DNA from: an uncultured Actinomycetes bacterium
GTDB lineage: Bacteria > Actinomycetota > UBA4738 > HRBIN12
DNA length: 64,000 bases
Direction: 5' to 3'
Assembly: GCA_963749895.1 (NCBI GenBank)
Contig: CAVVOG010000003.1
Coordinates: forward strand, 63,415-127,414
Shown: positions 17,657 through 27,499 of the stretch, piece after piece
Layout: the number at the start of each line of letters is the position of its first letter
Position numbering within the stretch: position 1 is the stretch's first letter
Translations under genes and position numbers: made by a program
Notes under the pieces: model-generated
The model's input: the letters and a program-made list of their open reading frames with translations, nothing else
What the model was told of the DNA's origin: nothing
The model's database searches: none

Positions 17657-18463
17657 GTGCGCGTTCCGCTGAACCTCTGGACCCTCGAGCGATTCGGGCT
17701 CACGCCGTCGGGGCTCCGGCGTCGCGTCGTGAACCCAGGCGGCCCGCGCGTCCTGTGCGTGAGCGTTCCGAAGTCCGGCACGCACCTGCTCGAGCGCGCG
17801 CTCTGCCTGCATCCGCAGCTCTATCGGAAGCTCGTGCCGACCGTCACGCTGCCGGACCTCCGCAAGCGCGGTGGCATGGACCGGTTGCTCGGCAGGGTCC
17901 GCCCCGGGCAGGTCCTGATGACCCACCTGCGCTTCGATCCCGGGTACCCGGACGTTCTCGAGCGCCACGGCGTGGCGCCCGTGTTCCTGATCCGTGACCC
18001 CCGTGACGTCGTCGTGTCCCAGGTTCGATACGCGGTGGGGCGCGAGGACCATTGGGCCCACGACCTGTTCGCGGAGCAGGGGGAGTTCCGGGAGCAGCTC
18101 CGCCTCGCGATCACCGGCGACCGTGAACGTGGACTCCGTTCCCTGGCGGAGCGCCTCGCCGTCTACGAGGGTTGGCTCGACGCCGCCGCCCTCGTCGTGC
18201 GTTTCGAGGATCTCGTCGGGCCTGAGGGCGGTGGCGACCGGGCGCGTCAGATCGAGACCGTCACCGACCTGTTCCGTGCGATCGGGGCCGAGGCGGACGA
18301 GGAACTCGTGCAGGCGATGTGCTCGGAGCTGTTCTCCTCGAAGAGCCCGACCTTCCGCAAGGGCACGATCGGCCAGTGGCGCGAGGTCCTCGACGACGAG
18401 CTGACCGCGCTGGTGCGAGACCTCGCCGGCTCGGGGATCGAGCGCTTCGGTTACGAGCCGTGA
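17657..18463 (+). CDS. Sulfotransferase ST6 (Sulfotransfer_1-like, PKSGTH loop)
   Basis: VLCVSVPKSGTHLLERAL (5'-PSB), VFLIRDPRDVVVSQV (3'-PB) and FRKGTIGQWREVL (RKGxxGxW). The GTG lies 1 nt after the PK-like stop. Confidence 0.85.
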   Translation: MRVPLNLWTLERFGLTPSGLRRRVVNPGGPRVLCVSVPKSGTHLLERALCLHPQLYRKLVPTVTLPDLRKRGGMDRLLGRVRPGQVLMTHLRFDPGYPDVLERHGVAPVFLIRDPRDVVVSQVRYAVGREDHWAHDLFAEQGEFREQLRLAITGDRERGLRSLAERLAVYEGWLDAAALVVRFEDLVGPEGGGDRARQIETVTDLFRAIGAEADEELVQAMCSELFSSKSPTFRKGTIGQWREVLDDELTALVRDLAGSGIERFGYEP

Positions 18464-18479
18464 ACCCCTGGACGGGTGC

Positions 18480-19382
18480 TCAGAACGACGGATCTTCTCC
18501 CATCTTGGAGAACGAGCGCAGGGCCGCACCGGAGGTATCGACCCAGTACACGCAGTCGGTGCTCTCGTGGTTGTAGGAGCATCCCACCACGTGCGACCAG
18601 CGCTTCATCTTCCGTCGAGCCTGGCGTAGCCACTCCGCCTTCTGCCCGGGAGCGCCTTCCGTGCAGCCGTACTCGATGATGTAGAGACCCTCGCCTCGCC
18701 GCCTGGCGACGTTGTGTGCCGGGCGGAAGATGTCGCCGAAGCCGCGCCACACGCTGGAGCAGTGCGCTCGGTTGTACCCATCGACCCCGAGGAGGTCGTA
18801 TCGCGGAGGGAGCCAGGCACCCGCGCCTCCGTTCCCACCCGCGAAGGTGTACGCCGTGAGCGTCGGGATGAAGCGGAACTTGACGCCGACGTTGTGGAAG
18901 ATCTGGTAGACGCGGTCGTGCGCTGCCTTCCAGTCGGCGGCGTTGCCCTCGTTCTCAGGCTCCTTGTGGAAGCAGAAGTACCCGTTCCACCCGGTGTTCT
19001 TCAGCTCTCGAGCCTGCGACGTGATCCAGCCGTCGTGCTGACCTTCGGCCACCGAGCGCCAGCCGATGAAGCCGCCGCGGCTCGTCCGTGTGAACCACGA
19101 CAGGATCGGGACGTGGCCCGTCTGCACGCTCCACTTCGTGAAGTTGTTCACGAGTTCCCGATCCCACGTGATACGGAAGTGGGTGGTGGCGAACCGCCGA
19201 CCCACCTTCTTCTCGAGGGCTCTCACCGCCTCGATCTGGTCGGCCTGGCCGCCGCGCGGCAGGCACAGCGCGCCCCACCGGATCCGGCGGTCGCCGGCGG
19301 CGTTGGCGAGGCCGCTCGTGGGGCCGAGCGCGACGGTCGCGCCGAGCGCGGCCGATCCTCGCAGGAAGTCTCGTCGTTCCAT
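18480..19382 (-). CDS. Tat-secreted clan GH-A glycoside hydrolase (GH26-like)
   Basis: MERRDFLRGSAALGATVALG twin-arginine signal. FCFHKEPENEG (acid/base-like), LLGVDGYN and LYIIEYGC (nucleophile-like) blocks. Family assignment is tentative. Confidence 0.55.
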   Translation of the reverse strand: MERRDFLRGSAALGATVALGPTSGLANAAGDRRIRWGALCLPRGGQADQIEAVRALEKKVGRRFATTHFRITWDRELVNNFTKWSVQTGHVPILSWFTRTSRGGFIGWRSVAEGQHDGWITSQARELKNTGWNGYFCFHKEPENEGNAADWKAAHDRVYQIFHNVGVKFRFIPTLTAYTFAGGNGGAGAWLPPRYDLLGVDGYNRAHCSSVWRGFGDIFRPAHNVARRRGEGLYIIEYGCTEGAPGQKAEWLRQARRKMKRWSHVVGCSYNHESTDCVYWVDTSGAALRSFSKMGEDPSF

Positions 19383-19641
19383 CGGGGGCTCCCCCTCTCG
19401 CGTCCGCCGGCACTCCGGCTCCGGTCGTCGCGATATCGGTATCGGCGGAGGGCTGGCCGGAGTGAAGGGGAAAGGTGGTCGCCGCCTGTCGGCCCGGGTG
19501 GACTGGCAGGCCCCGCTTCCGGGGGGTCTCGTGGCCGTCAGCCTCCGCTATGAAACGAACGAACCGCCGGATCACCGACGGTCGCGGACGACCTTAGCGA
19601 ACACGGCGAGGGGTGGCAACCACCCAGGTCAGGGTCGGTGC

Positions 19642-20895
19642 TCAGTGGAACCGGCCGTAGAAGTGCTCGGGTCCGGATTCCCCGTCGAGCCGCGTGAACT
19701 CGCCGCCGATGTGGATCGTCGTTCCGTCGACCACGGTCGCCCAGACCCCCCGGTACCGGCAGCACGGCCGCGGCGTCCACCCCTTGTCGGGCATGCCATC
19801 GCTTCGGCTGATACGAGCGAGCCTGGGCTGCGCCCAGCAGGGCTCCATGCTGTTGGCCTTCCGCGACGGGCACTCGGCCCCGCTCTGGTCTCCCGGTCCG
19901 TCGTCCTCGATCGCGGTCCAGTGGCCCCCGACGACCAGGGATGAGCCGTCGTAGATCGCCAGATCCTGTGCGGACCCGTTCACGTCGGTCTGCCAGATGC
20001 GGGAGCCGTCGGACAACCGGAAGGCCCCGACCCAGTCGTTCCCGCCGGCGGCGACGTACACGTGCTCGCCGTCCACCTCGACCGCGAGACCGAACGCGGC
20101 GCTCTCCTGTCGTGCGCACTCGCAACGCAGCTCCCAGCTGCCGCTCCCGAGGTCGGGTTGTCCGGTGGATGCGTTCACCATGACCGCGACCTTCTTCTGG
20201 TGGGCGGCGTCCTGGCCGTCGATCCAGTCGAACTGACCGACGACCAACAGCGTCGTGGGCGAGATCTGCTCGATCTCGCGGAACCCCGGCGAGGTGGCAT
20301 GCCCCCTGAGCCGACCGTCGATGTAGGCGACCATCTGGTGCCAGGAACCCCCCCCGCCGCCGCCCAGACCGAACCGCCACAGCTTCCGCCCGCCCGCGTA
20401 CACGTGATCCGACGTGGCCAGGACCGACTTGAGCCCTCCGACCTTGTACGTCGCAGCGATCGTCCCGTCGTCGGGATCGATCCCGATCAGGTTCTTGAAC
20501 GCCTTGCCCCCGTGCGTGTACGTGAACTTGCCGGCCACGTAGAGGATGCCGTCCGGACCCAGTGACAGGTCCCAGACCGTGGGTCGCGTGCCCCCGAGCC
20601 GCGGCAGGTTGCCGTGGATCGAGCCGACCAGCGTGCCGTCGGCGCCGAAGACGGTCAGGCCCGAGGCGTCCGCCACGGGGCTGCCGTTCTGGTTCTCGAC
20701 CTCGGAGAACCTCCCCCCGATCCAGGAACGCCCCGCATGCACGACGACGTCGTGGACGACGGGTCCGTCGACCATGTAGACACCCGCGTCAGCCGTGCTG
20801 CTGGGCGATGCCGAGGCGATCGTGGGCAGGGCGACGATGAGGATCGTCGCCAGCGTCGTCACCCGCAGTGGGGCGAGCCCCCTCCCCGTCCGCAT
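19642..20895 (-). CDS. Secreted beta-propeller repeat protein
   Basis: Signal peptide LATILIVALPTIASASP. Repeated x-GG-x-F/W...DG segments (WIGGRFSEV, YVAGKFTYTHGG, VVGQFDWIDG, IHIGGEFTRLDG). Confidence 0.65.
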   Translation of the reverse strand: MRTGRGLAPLRVTTLATILIVALPTIASASPSSTADAGVYMVDGPVVHDVVVHAGRSWIGGRFSEVENQNGSPVADASGLTVFGADGTLVGSIHGNLPRLGGTRPTVWDLSLGPDGILYVAGKFTYTHGGKAFKNLIGIDPDDGTIAATYKVGGLKSVLATSDHVYAGGRKLWRFGLGGGGGGSWHQMVAYIDGRLRGHATSPGFREIEQISPTTLLVVGQFDWIDGQDAAHQKKVAVMVNASTGQPDLGSGSWELRCECARQESAAFGLAVEVDGEHVYVAAGGNDWVGAFRLSDGSRIWQTDVNGSAQDLAIYDGSSLVVGGHWTAIEDDGPGDQSGAECPSRKANSMEPCWAQPRLARISRSDGMPDKGWTPRPCCRYRGVWATVVDGTTIHIGGEFTRLDGESGPEHFYGRFH

Positions 20896-21191
20896 GTCAT
20901 CAACCCTACGCCCGCCCCCCGCGGACGTGTCAAGGGTTGGTCTCCGCGGTCTACTCGTGACGACCTAGGGCCGGTGCGGTATCCGGTGGACGGATGGCCG
21001 ATGGCTCGCGAAGCGAGGCCGATGGTAGCCTGGGGCAACCGGCGGGGTCCTCGGCGAGGTCGACCTCACCCGGATGGGGGTTCCCCGAGCGACGGGAACC
21101 GCTGCTCGGGTAGGGTGGTCGGCCAAGATCGAGGAGCCCGAGCAGATGTCCCGACGGCGCCATATCCCCCCGGAGATGGCATGAGTCTGAG

Positions 21192-22472
21192 GTGGTGCTG
21201 AGGATGAAGTTGTCCCGCAAGGTCGTTCGAGTCATGGCCGTTCAGTTGGCCGCCCTGGCGGTTCTCGTGGGGGTGGCACCCCAGGCGTTGGCGTTCGTGG
21301 AAACGCCGGATGACACCTGGATGACGAACGGCACCGTGTTCGCGGCCGTGCGTTCGGGCGAATTCGTCTACATCGGCGGCCAGTTCAAGCGGGCCTTCGA
21401 GAACCCCCCCGGCACTGCCGGAGACCGGACCACGGCGTTGGGCATCGCCCGCCTCGATGCCTCGACCGGCGTCGTGGACAAGTCGTGGAAGGTCGACGTC
21501 GCTCGGAGCGACGGCAAGCGTCCGACCGTCTTCGCGATCGCCGTCCTCGGCGGGAAGGTCTTCTTCGGAGGGCAGTTCGACCTGGTGGACGGCCAGCCCC
21601 GCAAGAACATCGCCGCGGTGTCCGTGGCCGACTCGACGCTGGATCCCGACTTCGACCCCGTGATGAGCAACAAGGTCCGGGCCATGATCGCCTCGGACTC
21701 GACGGTGTACGTCGGCGGGTATTTCACCTTCGTCGACGGGCTCGCCCGGAAGCGCCTCGCCGCGTTCGACGCCGCGGGGAACCTGTTGAACTGGAGGGCG
21801 CGCACGGGTGGATCGGTGCGTTCGCTGGCCTTCGATTGCGCCGGTGACTCGGTGTACGCCGGTGGTCTCTTCGAGAAGGCGGCCGGCCCGACCGGATCGC
21901 TCGTCACCCGTGACAGCATCGCCCGGTTCGACGCGGCGAACGCATCGCTGGAGGCATGGCAGACCCGGGATGCGGAGATCGGCAACGGCGCTGTTGCCTA
22001 CGACCTGGCGGTGAGCTGCGCATCCGACCAGATCTTCGCGGGGATCGGCGGCACGAACTTCATCCACGCCTTCGACACCTCCGACGACGACGGGGAGACC
22101 ACCTGGGTCCGCCAGACCGCGGGCAACGTCCAGACCGTTGCCGTGAACGACATGGGTACCGCAGGCGCCGACGACGACCGCGTCTACTTCGGCGGCCACT
22201 TCGGCGGAGGGGTCACCTATCCGGACGGCGCGTGCTCGCTGTCCAAGCCGAAGACCGCGCGGTTCGGCGTCGCCGACCTCGACGGCAACTGTGATCTCAC
22301 CTGGTGGCCGACGTTCGAGGGCAAGTTCTACGGGCCGTGGGCCATCTTGGTGACCGACAACGGTGACCGCGTGTGGGTTGGCGGCCAGTACACCCAGGTG
22401 TGCGACGGCAGCGGGGGCGCGGGCGGCTCGTGCGTGAGCCAGTACTTCATCTCGCGCTTCTCCGACGTGTAG
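21192..22472 (+). CDS. Secreted beta-propeller protein (delta-60/DUF5122-like repeats)
   Basis: Signal peptide AALAVLVGVAPQALA. Repeats every 50-60 aa: VYIGGQFKRAF, VFFGGQFDLVDGQPRKNIAAV, VYVGGYFTFVDGLARKRLAAFD, VYAGGLFEKAAG, VYFGGHFGGG, VWVGGQYTQV. Start is 21192 (GTG) or 21204 (ATG). Confidence 0.7.
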   Translation: MVLRMKLSRKVVRVMAVQLAALAVLVGVAPQALAFVETPDDTWMTNGTVFAAVRSGEFVYIGGQFKRAFENPPGTAGDRTTALGIARLDASTGVVDKSWKVDVARSDGKRPTVFAIAVLGGKVFFGGQFDLVDGQPRKNIAAVSVADSTLDPDFDPVMSNKVRAMIASDSTVYVGGYFTFVDGLARKRLAAFDAAGNLLNWRARTGGSVRSLAFDCAGDSVYAGGLFEKAAGPTGSLVTRDSIARFDAANASLEAWQTRDAEIGNGAVAYDLAVSCASDQIFAGIGGTNFIHAFDTSDDDGETTWVRQTAGNVQTVAVNDMGTAGADDDRVYFGGHFGGGVTYPDGACSLSKPKTARFGVADLDGNCDLTWWPTFEGKFYGPWAILVTDNGDRVWVGGQYTQVCDGSGGAGGSCVSQYFISRFSDV

Positions 22473-22485
22473 GACCCGTTCGGGC

Positions 22486-22552
22486 ACGAGGGTCGCGGGA
22501 GAGCCTCCGTCCCGCGGAGGATGTGGGAAGGTAATCTTCCCGCGACCCTCGT
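22486..22552 (+). terminator. 15-bp perfect inverted repeat with nested hairpin (terminator-like, no U tract)
   Basis: ACGAGGGTCGCGGGA (22486-22500) pairs with TCCCGCGACCCTCGT (22538-22552). An inner hairpin is CCTCCG-tcccg-CGGAGG (22504-22520). It starts 14 nt after the stop at 22472. Confidence 0.5.
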
Positions 22553-22581
22553 AACGGTTGGGCTCGAACGGAAGGGTGACG

Positions 22582-24252
22582 ATGGCAACGACAGAGGTCC
22601 TGGACCTCCGTGACTACGTCCAGGTGATCTGGCGTCGGCGTCGGCTCGTAGCAGCCACGACGGGGGCCGTCATGCTGCTTTCCCTCGCGATCGCGTTCAC
22701 GCAGCAGTCGACCTACCGGTCTCTGACGAAGGTGCTGGTCCTTCCGGTCACGGTTCCCGGCCAGGCGGTCGCGCCGAACCAGATCATCTCGATGCCCAAC
22801 GAGCTCGAGATCGCGACGTCCGCGAAGGTCGCGGCGGACGCAACCCGCAAGGCGGATAGGGCCGGCGCCAGCATCGGCACGATCGAGGTGTCGAGTCCGA
22901 CCGAGACGCAGACCCTCGACTTCCAGGCGTCGGCGAGCGATGCACGCGCAGCCCAGGTGACGGCGCAGTCGTACGCCACGGCGTACCTCGACTTCCGGAA
23001 GGAGAGCCTCACGTCGAGCATCGACAGCCGTCTCGATTCGGTCGAGAGCCTGCTGGCGGACCTCACCGAGCGACAGACGGCCCTGATCGACCAGCTCGCC
23101 GACGAGGACAACTCGTCCGTCGCCGCGGCCCTCCAGTTCGACCTCAACACCGTCAACAGCGAGATCCGGCTGCGTCAGCAGGAGCAGAACGAACTGGAGC
23201 TGGCGCAGGAGACCGAGGTCGGGTCGATCCTCCAGGACGCCGAGCTCCCGCTCGGGCCCGCAAGCCCCCGCCCGCTCCGCAACCTGATCCTGGGCGCCGT
23301 GCTCGGTTTCCTGCTGGGCATCGCGGTCGCCCTGGTCCGCGACCGGCTCGACCAGCGGATCCAGGGCCGTGAAGACGTCGAAACCGTCACCGAAGCTCCC
23401 GCTCTCGGGCTCATCCCCGAGACGCCGTCGCTGCATCGTCTGATCGCGGTCCTCCCGGGCGGCGACTCGCTCGCCGCCGAGGCCTTCCGATCGTTGCGTG
23501 CGCGCGTGCTGTTCGGAGCGAACCGTGACGGTTACCGGACGATCATGGTGACGAGCGCGATGGAGGGCGAGGGCAAGACCGCGACGACCGTGAACCTCGC
23601 CGTGGCGCTGGCGCAGGCCGACACGCGGGTGGTGCTGGTGTCGGGGGACATGCATCACCCGGGGGTCTGGCGCTACCTGCCGGAACGCGGTCGGCGAGGC
23701 CTCGCCGACGTCCTCGCCGGGTCGACACGCCTCCAGGACGTGCTGGTGCAGACGGATCAGGAGAACCTCGTCCTGCTGCCGAGCGGCACCCTCAGCAAGC
23801 TCCCAGAGGCGGCCCTGGGGTCCGCCGAGATGCTGCGCGTCCTGCAGGAGTTGCTGGAGGACGCCGATCTCGTCTTGCTCGACTCCGCGCCCGTGCTCGG
23901 GGTGGCCGACACGCTCGACATGGCGTCGTTGGTCGACGGCGTCGTGCTCGCGGTCGACGCGAGCACGGCCCGGAAGGATCTCGTGCGAGAGGCATCCGAC
24001 GAGCTCCGCTCGGTCGGTGCGTCGATCATCGGTGTGGTCCTCGTGCGACCGGACGGGCGGCACTTCGAGCGCTACAGCTACAAGTACGGCCGACGCGAGA
24101 CGCTGGGGCCGCCGACCGAGGAGGCGGCCGGGCGTTCCGTGCCGGCGCGACCGGCAGGCGATGCTCCCCGGAAGCCGCCGACCCGACCGACCGATACGGG
24201 CGGGGCGCCCAAGCCTCCGGCGCCGACCAGCCGCGCCTCGACGGGCGCGTAG
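22582..24252 (+). CDS. Polysaccharide co-polymerase (Wzz domain) fused to BY-type tyrosine autokinase
   Basis: N-terminal LDLRDYVQVIWRRRRLV plus TM, a coiled-coil periplasmic region and a second TM. Walker A is TSAMEGEGKTATTVNLA and Walker B-like is LVLLDSAPVLGVAD. There is a C-terminal YSYKY Tyr cluster. ATG 22582 follows GGAAGGG. Confidence 0.85.
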   Translation: MATTEVLDLRDYVQVIWRRRRLVAATTGAVMLLSLAIAFTQQSTYRSLTKVLVLPVTVPGQAVAPNQIISMPNELEIATSAKVAADATRKADRAGASIGTIEVSSPTETQTLDFQASASDARAAQVTAQSYATAYLDFRKESLTSSIDSRLDSVESLLADLTERQTALIDQLADEDNSSVAAALQFDLNTVNSEIRLRQQEQNELELAQETEVGSILQDAELPLGPASPRPLRNLILGAVLGFLLGIAVALVRDRLDQRIQGREDVETVTEAPALGLIPETPSLHRLIAVLPGGDSLAAEAFRSLRARVLFGANRDGYRTIMVTSAMEGEGKTATTVNLAVALAQADTRVVLVSGDMHHPGVWRYLPERGRRGLADVLAGSTRLQDVLVQTDQENLVLLPSGTLSKLPEAALGSAEMLRVLQELLEDADLVLLDSAPVLGVADTLDMASLVDGVVLAVDASTARKDLVREASDELRSVGASIIGVVLVRPDGRHFERYSYKYGRRETLGPPTEEAAGRSVPARPAGDAPRKPPTRPTDTGGAPKPPAPTSRASTGA

Positions 24253-24336
24253 TCGTCGGTCGGCGCACCGGTTCATCCCGATCCCCCGCGCGATCGTGCC
24301 GGGCGTTGACCGTCTGGCACTCTCATGGCTATCCTG

Positions 24337-24363
24337 TTAGCACTCACGCCTGGGGAGTGCTAA
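24337..24363 (+). promoter_or_regulatory. CIRCE operator (HrcA site) TTAGCACTC-N9-GAGTGCTAA
   Basis: Perfect match to the consensus, 52 nt upstream of groES. TTGACC at 24305-24310 is a possible -35. Confidence 0.9.
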
Positions 24364-24414
24364 TCCCCTGGCGACCCAGAGGGAACCGTCGAACCGTAAG
24401 GAGGGAGTCGAGGG

Positions 24415-24717
24415 ATGGCTGATTTCAAGCTCCAGCCGCTCGAGGATCGCATCGTCGTCCAGGCGAACGAGGGCGACCAGACCACCGCGTCGGGGCTCGT
24501 GATCCCGGACACGGCGAAGGAGAAGCCCCAGGAAGGCACCGTCGTGGCCGCCGGCCCCGGCCGGTGGAACGAGGACGGCACCGGCCGTGTCGCGCTCGAC
24601 GTGAAGGTCGGCGACACGGTGATCTACTCGAAGTACGGCGGCACGGAAGTCAAGGTCGACGGCGAGGAGTACCTGATCCTGTCGGCCCGCGACGTGCTCG
24701 CCACCCTGACCAAGTAG
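24415..24717 (+). CDS. groES: Co-chaperonin GroES
   Basis: 100 aa with [25 protein letters not shown] and [11 protein letters not shown]. Confidence 0.97.
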   Translation: MADFKLQPLEDRIVVQANEGDQTTASGLVIPDTAKEKPQEGTVVAAGPGRWNEDGTGRVALDVKVGDTVIYSKYGGTEVKVDGEEYLILSARDVLATLTK

Positions 24718-26349
<1,632 letters not shown>

Positions 26350-26373
26350 GCCATCCTCAAACGGCGAAGCAAG

Positions 26374-26404
26374 GGAGAGGCGGGGCGTCGAGCCCCGCCT
26401 CTCC
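26374..26404 (+). terminator. Stem-loop after groEL (13-bp stem GGAGAGGCGGGGC / GCCCCGCCTCTCC, 5-nt loop)
   Basis: Read directly. It lies 25 nt after the groEL stop and has no U tract. Confidence 0.6.
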
Positions 26405-26421
26405 GCATGCCGGGGGCGGCC

Positions 26422-26427
26422 TAGACT
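26422..26427 (+). promoter_or_regulatory. -10-like TAGACT, 7 nt upstream of GTG 26435 (leaderless-type)
   Basis: CCTAGACT followed by 7 nt and the start codon, with no SD. The same arrangement occurs at 38745 and 42098. Confidence 0.4.
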
Positions 26428-26434
26428 GCGTCGC

Positions 26435-27487
26435 GTGAGTGGCGGCGACCTGTTGCGGTACTGGGACGGCGAGTACCTCGCCACGCGCTTCGACGACGCC
26501 TCAGGCTCCTGGATGCTGATCGGCGTCCATTCGACGGCACTCGGGCCCGCGATGGGTGGGACACGGATGAAGGTCTACGCGTCCTTCGACGACGCCGTCG
26601 CCGACGTCGTGCGGCTCGCCGGGGCGATGACGCTGAAGAACGCGCTCGCCGGCCTTCCTTTCGGCGGCGGCAAGGCCGTGCTCGCGGTCCCTCGGTTGGC
26701 GGATGGCGAGGCGCGGCGCGGGATGCTCGAGCGGTACGGGGCGTTCGTGGAGGGGCTCCGGGGTGCCTACGTGACCGCGTGCGACATGAACACGGCCGAG
26801 GCGGACATGGACGTCGTCGCGACGCGCACCGAGCACGTGCTCGGGCGCTCGACGACGGCCGGAGGGTCGGGGAGCTCGGCTCCGGATACGGCCGTCGGCG
26901 TCTTCCACGCGATCCGAGCCGTGTGTCGCCACGTCTTCGCCGACGACGACCTCACTGGACGGTCGGTTGCGATCCAGGGGGTGGGGGCGGTCGGCGCCGT
27001 GCTCGCGGACCTGCTCCGAGGCGCGGGCGCGACGCTGATCGTCGCTGACGTGGATCCCACCCGCGCCTCGGAGGTCGTCGACCGGACCGGCGCTCGCGCC
27101 GTGACGGCCGATGCGATCCTCCGGGAGCCCTGCGACGTCCTGTCCCCGTGCGCGACGGGCGGCGTGCTGAACGCGGACACGATCGCGGCGCTGGCCTGTC
27201 GGGCGGTCGCGGGCGCTGCGAACAACCAGCTCGCGACCGATGCGGACGCCGAGCGCCTCCGCGCGCGTGGGATCGTCTACGCTCCCGACTTCGCCGCCAA
27301 CGCAGGGGGCGTGATCCATCTGGCCGGGTACGAGACGCTCGGCTGGGACGATGCACGGGTCGCCGCGAGGCTCGCCGCGATCGGAGCCACGGTGACGGAG
27401 GTGCTGCGTCTGGCCGACGCCGACGGCACGACGACGGCCGAGGCGGCTGCCCGCCTCGCCGCCGACCGGGTCAGCGCCGGACGGTGA
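26435..27487 (+). CDS. Glu/Leu/Phe/Val dehydrogenase family (Leu/Val dehydrogenase-like)
   Basis: GGTRMKVY, LKNALAGLPFGGGKAVL (catalytic Lys block) and a VAIQGVGAVGAVLA Rossmann motif. Confidence 0.85.
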   Translation: MSGGDLLRYWDGEYLATRFDDASGSWMLIGVHSTALGPAMGGTRMKVYASFDDAVADVVRLAGAMTLKNALAGLPFGGGKAVLAVPRLADGEARRGMLERYGAFVEGLRGAYVTACDMNTAEADMDVVATRTEHVLGRSTTAGGSGSSAPDTAVGVFHAIRAVCRHVFADDDLTGRSVAIQGVGAVGAVLADLLRGAGATLIVADVDPTRASEVVDRTGARAVTADAILREPCDVLSPCATGGVLNADTIAALACRAVAGAANNQLATDADAERLRARGIVYAPDFAANAGGVIHLAGYETLGWDDARVAARLAAIGATVTEVLRLADADGTTTAEAAARLAADRVSAGR

Positions 27488-27499
27488 GGACCGGGCCGC

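Noticed and set aside
20951-21235. 94-aa minus-strand ORF in the divergent intergenic region.
   Set aside because: It has no RBS or promoter logic and a low-complexity translation, and it overlaps the start of the plus-strand propeller gene. The region is better explained as a structured non-coding leader.
24311-24323. Second CIRCE half-site (CTGGCACTC) upstream of the perfect CIRCE.
   Set aside because: No matching GAGTGC partner lies at N9 spacing, so it is more likely just part of the promoter spacer.
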